In this document: one piece after another, positions 54,701 to 64,000 of the stretch
Layout: every line of letters begins with the position of its first letter
How positions within the stretch are numbered: position 1 is the first letter of the stretch
Source: Paragordius varius
Lineage: Eukaryota; Animalia; Nematomorpha
NCBI GenBank assembly: GCA_964247055.1
Contig: OZ176050.1
Location: 3,038,001 to 3,102,000 of the forward strand
Direction of reading: 5' to 3'
Length of the DNA stretch: 64,000 nucleotides
Translations under genes and position numbers: made by a program
Notes under the pieces: model-generated
The model's input: the letters and a program-made list of their open reading frames with translations, nothing else
Database searches by the model: none
What the model was told of the DNA's origin: nothing

Positions 54701-55682
54701 AAGCCCTAGCTAATGAAATGTCGGGAAAACTTCAACAAGCTTTATTGTTAATTGGTGGGTATCATATATTTTTAACGGCATACTCACCATCCTAAGGATT
54801 TTAATTTTAAATTTTTTGGGGTTGAAAAGTAGCATAGAGTTTACCTTTATACAGATTGGGATGCGTTAAAAAAATTTATTTATATATTAGTTGATACCGT
54901 TTCGTCACCTGGCGTATACTATGCCCATTTATTGCACAAAGCTTTAAAAGTAAGTTTGAATTCCTGTTGTATTTTCTTTGTTTAAAGTAATACTTATTTA
55001 CCTTAACCTTTACAGAAAGGATTAATGGGGGGCACGGATGAAAAAGCCTTAAACCGCGTTTTCATTACAAGGTCCGAAGTTGATATGGTCGAAATTAAAA
55101 ACGCTTATCAGGATATTTACAAAACACCGTTGGAAAAACATATAAGAGTATGAAATTTTTTTAGATATAATATGCTAGTATTAAAAATATAACCGTTTAT
55201 GATATCAACGGCCGATATGTTATAGTAAAACTAAATTTTTTATGAGCTTTTAATATATGCTTTAATTTAAAATTAATGTATAGTTTATGTTTTTCAAAAC
55301 GAACAAGCTTTGATATAAAATAAAGCCTTAATGGCCCATAATTTATAATATAGCTAAATATAAAATGATAATAAAAAATTTATAGTCCAAGGTAAAATTA
55401 TGAAACATTTTAAAAATATTTATGAAATTTTAAATTATATTACTAATCGCGATAATTTTTGAGTTTGATATCAATTCATATCCTTTTTAACATTATACTG
55501 ATTTATTTTCCAATAAAAAATAATGATAAGCCAGTTTCGCGAAAAATAATGTATTAAATATGGTAATGAAAGTTGCATAAATACATTTATGATATTTTTA
55601 CTTATTTTCATAGAGAGATGTATCTGGCCATTATCAGGATGCCTTGATAGCCATATTGTATGGTAACGGAATTCGTACCTAA
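48761..55682 (+). CDS. Annexin (paralog A), 10 exons, ~325 aa; first exon tentative
   Basis: Exons 48761-69 (tentative), 48802-883, 49104-198, 49501-614, 50033-123, 54233-369, 54565-754, 54891-949, 55016-147, 55614-682. Four annexin repeats: GFGTNDRALI, GLGTNFDLLIEVL, IGTVNEVF, GGTDEKALNRVFITRSEVD; end DVSGHYQDALIAIL. Confidence 0.94.
50705..51250 (-). repeat. Dispersed repeat, inverted homolog of ~1310-1812
   Basis: Shared blocks such as TTTTAAACAGGCCTGGG.TATCCAA and TTACAAAATATCGTG occur in opposite orientation at the two loci; boundaries approximate. Confidence 0.65.
51824..54142 (+). mobile_element. hAT (Blackjack-type) transposon with frameshifted transposase, in an annexin intron
   Basis: TIR TAGGGTGACCAGA / TCTGGTCACCCTA; perfect 8-bp TSD ATAATAGG (51816-23, 54143-50). 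Transposase relics: BED-like finger KCLICEGEF..HDITKHMETEKH, AYCADNTN, GVGCAAHIIHN, KTRWLAL, TNAVTERV. Confidence 0.95.
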
Positions 55683-55826
55683 TCATTCAAAAAACTAAAA
55701 TTAAACATTTGATATCTCTATTACCATTTTTGCAATATTAAAAGATTCAAAATGTTATTTATCATTCATTTATTTCACCAAAACATGTATTCATTCACAG
55801 AATCAAACCATGACAATAATAAAAAT

Positions 55827-57986
55827 TTATTGGGTATGAATATTGCTGCTACTTAAATAATGTAAAATGAGATTATTTTTATTGCTTTTGTTGGCGCTTG
55901 GTGATTTAGCGTTAATTAATTTTCGTTTAGACGAAGGCATATTCGTTTTTATCTTTGGAGTTGATGGGGAGGACTTTGTTTTTTGATAGTAATTGCTTAC
56001 ATCATTTAATGGAAAATTTTTACCATACTTGGGAGTTTTATCATTTTCATTGGTCATAGAAGATATAGGAATAATGGAGTTTTTAAGTTTAACTTTAACC
56101 GTATTTGTTTCCGTGTGTTTTGATGCATCTTTGCTTAGCGCTGAAAAGTAAGATGGTATTGCTGACAATTTTGGTTGTTTAGTGAGTCGTTTATCATTGG
56201 GGGCATATAGTAGGGTTTTGGACATTAGTATATCCCTGTATAAAGGTAAATTACACGTTGGAGTGTTTAAATTTTGACTCTTTTGAGTAATGCTAATATG
56301 AGGGGATTGAGAATCGAACTCTATTATGGACTGGGTTATCATAAATTCTTTGTTTTGGTTCAAAGATTTTCTTTCATACCGCTTGTAAAAATCTGAATTG
56401 TTGGTCGCATTTGAATCATTGGCTTATAAATAAATATTATTAATATAATTTTCCTTATTTGTATTGGTTAACATTTTTCATTGGTATTATAAAATAAGTT
56501 TTAATGACAGTTATGACAAATAGTAATTGATACCATATAACCGATTATTAACTGTGCTACGAATCATTTTAATAAAATATATATTGAAATGAAAAAATAC
56601 ATAGTTTAGATGGGATAGATAAATGGAGCTTAAAACGTTGATTTTGATTGATAAATCATCATTTTATTTGTTATTAAAAGATATTCCAAAAAATAAATTA
56701 CAAATAAATATACGCTTAGTGAGATTTTGAGGTTTATTTGGGCTAATGGTTGACAATATATTCTCATTAGCAAATTTAATGTCCCATATTTCTATCCCCT
56801 TCGCATCACTTGTAGCGAACTGTGATTAATTATAATTTAATCAAATAAAAATGAAACTTGAGTTAAATCTTTCCATGCTACGCAAGATATTTCTGTTTCG
56901 TGATTCTCTACAATTTGCCTTGATAAATTGTTTGGTTTTTGTGTCTAAATAAATTTATATAATGATTGTTAATTTTTATAATTATTTTTTCAAGAAAGAA
57001 GTTTAAAAGGACCTATATATATATTTTGCGAAACAAGATATGCTCCTTAAATATAATATTATAGTCTGTAAATGTTCAATTTAATAAATATTGATAAATA
57101 TTAGTATGTTACATTCCACAAAAAACAGTTTCCGGTGGCAGATCCTGATAATAAGAATAGATTACATGGGGACAAATCTATACGATCATAATAAACGGAG
57201 CAATGTTTATTGGGTTGATTGGGTGTTTGTGGTTTACAATTTGTGGATCTATATATAACATTTAGCAAAAAATAGAAATGCTTTTTATTCAACACAAATT
57301 TTAGCGTTGTCTCTATACATACTATATTGATGAGAAATCATATCAAAAATTATATTAATTAAATATTTGGCTAAACCTTAGTGTTGGAAACATGGGTAAA
57401 AAAATAAGAACAAATAATTAAAAATCTCTAAAGTATACTTCATTTAATTTATATTATCAAACTAATTACTCATGGACATTTTTGTAAAAGGAATGTGTAT
57501 GTCTTTTTTCAACCGGTGAAACGGTCATATCAAAGCATAAAATGTTTCCATAAGCCGCATTGGCATATAATAAAGTTTTGGCGGAATTCAATTGAATTTG
57601 GGTATAACCATATTTGGCTTCGGCTAAAATATTGTAGATTAGCTTAGCTATTTAATTAGATTTCAAAAAATATAAATTAAACCATAAAAATAAGAGGAAG
57701 TATGATCTACAGTGATAGAAAAATGGGTTGAATTAACATATCACATTGAACATAATTACTCAATCCACCCTCCCTAAGATTTTTCAAACACACATTGGCC
57801 AAATAAAGCCTAGAGCAGAGTAACCCAACTTTATGCGTGGTCCGCGAAAAATTTGGAAATCCAATTTGCAAAAATATGATCACAACATTTTTGAAAAATT
57901 GATATTTTTTGAACATTCTTTCCAAAAAAGTTCATCTAATTGATAAGACCTAGAAAATATTGTTGTTAGTATTGGCTTTGCATTTT

Positions 57987-58031
<45 letters not shown>

Positions 58032-59654
58032 ATAAATAATTATATGAATTTGCTGCCTGTCGGTTTTTTGAGCCAAAAATACGGCTCGCGAAGTGATTTG
58101 TGTTGGACACGCCTAGTCAAGAGTCACTAATAGCTATTTATTGGAAAATGAGCTACATCATGCAAATCAAATTTTAATACATAGTATTGACAAATATTAG
58201 AAAAACAGCAAAAGTTAACCTTTAATTGTTGGACTTAATCTGTCTGGCTAAAATTAACCGGTTTTATTATAAAAACTAATAATCATATATATATTTGAAA
58301 TTTTAAAAATCATTATTATACCGTAATTCAAATCGAAAATATTTAAATAGTAAAATTTTTGTTATTTTATAATATTCTTACTAGAAGTATTTGGAGTCAT
58401 TATTGCAATGGGTAATGCGCCATGGGTGTGGGCATGATGTGTTTTTCGTAAATCCCAAATTTTAATTTGGCTAAAATAGAAAATAAAATTATAAATACAG
58501 AAAAAACGCTAAACCTAAAAAATAATATTTTTTCTGAATCATCCTTGATTCATTCTTTAAATTACTCAAACGATGCCATAAATAAAAATGTTCAAATCTA
58601 TATTTTTTGGTGCAAACCAAAGGGCTAGGTAACATTTTAAAAAATAAGGGTTAGAAATATAGGATCTTTATAATATATTAATATTTTATTTTAATACAAA
58701 ATATAATATTAAATTGGGGATTAAACTTGTTTGATGCACCGCAGGATATAAGTTGAATCTCTGATTGATAAGATATTCCCGTGACAGAATAATTTTTCTA
58801 TTTTTTTTATAAATATTGATTTAAATATTTTTAGGTTAAAAGATATGATATGGAACAAAAATGTTATGAAAGTAAAATTATTTGAAAATTACTATGTTTT
58901 AAACATTTTTACATTAATTTTAATTAGTAGTGATAATAGCTTACATATAAATTTAAATCTACAGTTTCAGTATAAGAAGAGTATCTAAATTTTTGCACAA
59001 TGACGTTCGTCTTATCCCGGGGAGATTTGATATTTTTTACGATCATTTTCTTTACTTTGGATGCGGGTGAATTAACACCGCATGTGTCAGGAATATGTGC
59101 ATTATATATTTGATCTGTACCTTAAATTCTAAAAAAAATAAACTTTTGAAACATCGATCATCCCAGAATTTTATACTACCATCCCGTGATGCGGATGCAA
59201 AATAATCTTAAAATTAATTACGAATATGAACTTTTGTCGGTTGGACATATATCAATACATTTCACGCTACAGTAATGTCCTTCATAAGCCGAAAATGCAT
59301 CTTTTTCAAGTTTATGGAAGTCCCACTTTTTGATACATTTGTCACCACTTGCTGTTAAAAAGTTAGCGCCATTTAATTTTATATCGAATATAGAGTTATC
59401 ATGACATTTTAATCCTAAAATAAGATCAAAAATAACTTTTAGTTATAGAATTATCCATAACATTATAAAAATGTAGGAAACCATCTTCGTCACCAATTAT
59501 TAAAAACTTTGTGTTTGGAATAAACTTTATTGCGATTGGAGAAGCAAACGACTAAATTTGAAATATTTATAACTTCAATTTCCCCGTGAATTAGTATATT
59601 TATGTTCCTTTTTTCGTAATTAAAACTTATATTGTTTTTGGTGGGAATCAGCAT
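55827..59654 (-). CDS. DTL: Denticleless / Cdt2 WD40 substrate receptor of CRL4
   Basis: Spliced translation gives IIGDEDGFLHFYN, CHDNSIFDI, TASGDKCIKKWD, GHYCSVK, ASASRDGSIKFWDDRC, QIYNAH, SVTGI..ISCGA, IKIWDLRK, LLYANAA, LSPCNLFLLSGS, HETEISCVAW, collinear with Cdt2. The low-complexity tail ends in a PIP-like NNLILHYL. Start codon tentative. Confidence 0.88.
57816..58115. mobile_element. hAT MITE in DTL intron, containing (TA)n
   Basis: Same family as 25924-26188; flanks GCCTAGAG / GTCAAGAG match at 6 of 8 bases. Confidence 0.6.
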
Positions 59655-61403
59655 TTAAATTTCCCGCAACATGTGTTTATGTGTTTTATTGTAAAAACAA
59701 ATGGGCAAAGATATTATTTTTTTACTAACTGCTTTATCGTAACATTATCCAAACGTTAATTAGCACTTAATACGAAATAAACTGACAAAATGAACAAAAA
59801 TATTAATTTAGTTTTAATCTATTTTATAAAAATAAAATTTAAAACGATTCTTATGTCATCATAAATTGTTCATTTAAAAACTCTTATTAAGTTATTCAAC
59901 TATTATTAATTTGGTGTTATTTTGAAAAATTGGTCAAAAAAATATTATGTTACACATAAATTATTCTTAAAGATATTGATGTATTTATAAGGAAATCTAT
60001 AAAATTTAGGCAATAAGAATTCTAATTGTGCTTTAAATATTTTTATAGTTTATTATAAAAAGACTTATGCAAGCTAAATGGTAAAGACATCAACATAAAC
60101 TATTGATACATACTAATAACGACACTTTTGCCTCTATAAGTTTGCCGTTCCTAAAACATTTATGAGGCGTTGTTTACTTAGAAACGTGATTTTTGGTGCG
60201 GCAAAACAAAGTCAAAAAATGGCTCGGTCCTCTTCGACAGAACTATATACAAAAGAAATCTTTTTATATATTCAAGGGCCTTAAATTTTTTCAAAAAATC
60301 GATTTAAATCCAATAATTTTTTAAATAGACGGGCGGTTTAACCGATGGATCGATAAAAAATAGCGCCACAGCCTCCATCTATATAAAATTATGTTTTGAA
60401 TTTGGATGTATCCACTGTTTTCCGAAATATAGATTAATCAATACATGTTTAAAAACTCTATTTTAGATTATGACTAAACTGTTCATTTATAAAATGGATA
60501 TTTCATTGTTAATCAAAAGACCTACATGTTTTCCGGAAAATTACAATCCTTTCCGTTTTCTTATATATCTGGGGCTATTAAAAAATGCATTGAAAAATTC
60601 AATATTGAAAATGAAATTTACATTTTTGGCAAACGTTCTAATTTAAAAATTTTTGGACATTCTCTTTAAATCCATTGTTATCACAGGACTAAAATGTACG
60701 GCTACAAAAAAGCTAAGTCACTCTCTGCTTTATAACGAACATTGTCGCAATACAATTCAATTTAATAAATACCCAGTTATACCCTCTGTTTGAGATGCGT
60801 CGCTGAGTAATCGACATTATCAATGGTAAATTGAAAATATATGTCATATGCAATTGATTAATAATGGTAGTCTATAGATATGATATTTTGGTTTGAATAT
60901 GTATTTTACATAGTGTGCTCTACCTAATATGTTTTAAAGCCGACTTGACTTGTTTCAGATAAGTTGTTTTAAAAACATGTTATTTTTTATGGTGGTGCCT
61001 ATTGGGTTCGAGCTCCTCAGTGGTTAATTTATACGGAAAATACGTACAAACATTACATTGGGACAAAAATTATAGATAAAATTTAAAGGCATTTTTTTAT
61101 GTTTATTAAACGAGGAGGATTTTTATCTAGGGGTTATCAAGTTATAAATATATTGACATAATACAATAGACAGAAAATATTCTGGTCTGATATATTTAAG
61201 TATCTGAAACTTTAAGCTTTCTATGTTTTTCGATTGTCCAATCGAATAAGAGAATTATACCTTTTTGGTAATTGCTTGATATCAAAAATGAAATTCGGGC
61301 ACATTATATCAGATTAATACACGTTAAGATAATTTATATGAACTCATACATTTTGGATAAATTGGAAATATAAATAAAAAAACGTAATATTATTTCTGTT
61401 TAT

Positions 61404-63839
61404 TTACATCATGGGACGCTTGTTACCACGAAGTATGGCAACCAGTATATCTTGATATTTACCAGATACGTCATTCTAAATATTAAAGCTATATGGATTA
61501 CCCTCAAATCTTTTTCCAGTGGCACATTATACAGATTAAAATATTGCCTTTTAATATCTTCCAAATCAGTTTCGGATCTTGTAACCAATATTCGTATTAA
61601 ATCTTTATCCTTAGTACCGAACCCACTCTAAAAGATTATTTTCAAATATGTACATGTACTTTCATGGCATGTCGCAAACGTTTGGCAAAAAAGGATGCTG
61701 GATGTCGGACCGATTCAACTATAAAATATAGTATAAAACACACTAATCTCAATAATTTCGTTTACCATGTATGACCTAGTAAATTCTAAATTATTTTCTA
61801 TGGAATAAACGCATTCAGGTAAAGTAAATATTTAGTACCAAATTGAATTACGTATTGAAAAACTTTTTTTAGAGATGGTTTCAATAACAATAGTTGTAAA
61901 TAAATGCTCGTTTATTAACCCAAACAACTTAAGAAAATATTTCTCGAAAACAATGCGAGTTCTGGGTTTAAGAAAAAGACCAAAAAGACATTTTATAGGG
62001 GTCGAAATGCAAAACCGTATATATTAACAAGCTGTATAAGCAAAAAATATTAATAGTTTTTAACAACTCTTTGTATCTTATCTTAAAAATGAATTGATCC
62101 AAAAATACCTTTTTTCTAAAATTCTAATTTCGAATAATCAATATTTTATTGACTAACCTATCGTATTTTACAAACATTGCGAAAAAATTGGAATATACAT
62201 GATGATTTTCAAACTTTAGATTATACCTAAAACCAAAAGACTGCGTTGAATTTTGCCGTTTGTTTCCTTTATGATGGCCTCTTCAATGCTATGTCGGGAA
62301 AGGCGTTGATATTGATCAAATATTAATCTTAATTGGGCATAATTCCGTTTAGTTAATATGTCCACAAACGATTTCATATCCGTCCCAAATAATCGATTTC
62401 TACCGCCCTCAAGTAATTTCTAAATTTTCCAAATATTCCACATTAATTCATAGTTTACGATAAATATAATAATTTTATACATTCTTATATAATTGAAACA
62501 ATTATACTCTCTCCATTATAAATTTCATAAAAAGATTAATTTTTAAAAGTTACTTTTGCATCATTAAGAGCTTGATTGGGATCCGTGGTCTGTGATTGAT
62601 CTCTGTCAGCCTAAATAAAATATATTATCAAAAATCGCTAAAAAATTGATATATCGGTAAAGATTAATATATAGGTAAAAATATAAAAAGATTGGTGAAT
62701 ATATTGTGGAAGGTAAGATGGGAAGAGGCGCCCTAAATCGTGATGGAATGGCAAAACTGAACCTAAAACGCGAAAACATAGACAAGGTTCTATGGCGAAA
62801 TAGTTTACGATGACCGCTCAAAAGAGTGATACCATATAAATCAGCATATATTGATATGGATTTTAAGAATGTTAATTATATTAAAATGCGATTATACTTT
62901 GCTTAAGGCTACTAATAAATCTTCTACGTGTCCATGGGTATCTCCTTTGATCGAACTTGCAATATCTTTGCGATACACTAAATATTAAAAAATTAATATT
63001 TATTCTTAAAATATTTGCAATCAAAAAATACAAAAAAATTATGTGAAGGGATCATGTGAAATGTGTAATATCCGGAATTTAAAGAGAAACGCTTAGATTT
63101 CACATATTAGCAATTATGGTTTATTACATCTTCTATAGGCTTCTCTAATGGCAGCTAACTGTTGAGGAGTTCGCGTTAACATTATTTCAATGAGTGTTTC
63201 GAAATCGGTACCAAATCCCTAAGAGAAATAAAACGTAATAATTATAAAAATTTGAATGTTTTTTTGTTTCTCATACTTTGATAGATTCCCGAATTAATTT
63301 AGCATCGTAATCCGCTTTGGGTGTCATCAGAGCTACCAAAGTATCTTGATATTTACGATTCGTGTCAGACTTTATGTGGCTAATCAAATCCTTTTGCGTG
63401 GGTTTATTTGAACAGGGATAAATAAATAATTAAGTTTAAGAAAAAATTTAATAATTTATATATATTATTTTTAACGAATTCCTATACTCGCTTTGTAAGG
63501 GCCTTATATTGTTGAGCAATGAGTTGTCTTTCATCGTTCGTCCTCCCGGCAATTATACTGTTTAACTTGCCGGTATTTGTGCCTAAAAAGAAATGTAACT
63601 TTTTTCTTGAGCCAATTGCATATGAAAAAGATTAAAATGAATAAAATATTTTACCGAATCCAACCAATGCGTCTTTTAGAATTTTGGCATCTTGAACAGG
63701 ATTAAAATTTGGAGTTGGTTCTATAGTCCCCTCCCCCTAAAATAAATATAAAAAAGGGATACAATATATTGGTTAAAGACATAAGAGAGCTAATTTATTT
63801 CACACTTCTTTCCAAGTTGTGAATTAAACTTGACATCAT
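61404..63839 (-). CDS. Annexin (paralog B), ~11 exons, ~334 aa; first exon tentative
   Basis: [94 protein letters not shown]; all introns GT-AG. Confidence 0.94.
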
Positions 63840-64000
63840 ATTAAATGTTTGTCAAAATTATAGATTTTTTCTGTAAGTGATTTTTTACAGTGGATATAAA
63901 AAACGCCCTTTTGAAATATATAACATTGTCCCAAAATTTGATTCTAGTTGCGCTGTGCTAAATATTAGTTTATTGTTTATAGAGTAACATACATCAGAGC

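Noticed and set aside
61000-61025. GGGTTCGAGCTCC, a tRNA T-loop / B-box-like motif
   Set aside because: No cloverleaf or A-box can be built around it.
631-62821. Most 60-80 aa ORFs in the supplied track (e.g. 631-816, 6993-7254, 13254-13472, 29184-29393, 43628-43843, 62606-62821)
   Set aside because: F/I/K/L/Y-rich translations expected by chance in AT-rich DNA, antisense to real exons, or inside TEs and microsatellites.

Overview
Very AT-rich, intron-containing eukaryotic DNA, most likely an invertebrate animal (the PDE motifs are of the protostome PDE10/pde-5 type). Five host genes could be rebuilt by hand exon by exon: UMP synthase (+, 2660-6231), a GAF-GAF cyclic-nucleotide phosphodiesterase (+, ~31594-42714), two convergent annexin paralogs (+ 48761-55682; - 61404-63839) and denticleless/Cdt2 between them (-, 55827-59654). 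A sixth gene (-, 7554-~11900) is tentatively a very divergent TENT5/FAM46-like protein. The rest is TE-rich: two non-autonomous Helitrons, Buster- and Blackjack-type hAT relics with perfect 8-bp TSDs, hAT MITEs, a CACTA-like element, a mariner relic, an RTE fragment, foldback elements built of 21-bp modules, and a decayed eIF4G MIF4G pseudogene. The two most striking observations are (i) a ~425-bp palindrome at 46861-47286 carrying two identical, divergently oriented type I hammerhead ribozymes, and (ii) several homology-enforced GT-AG introns of only 21-26 nt alongside multi-kb introns. All protein assignments come from translating by eye and comparing with remembered family motifs; no database search was run.
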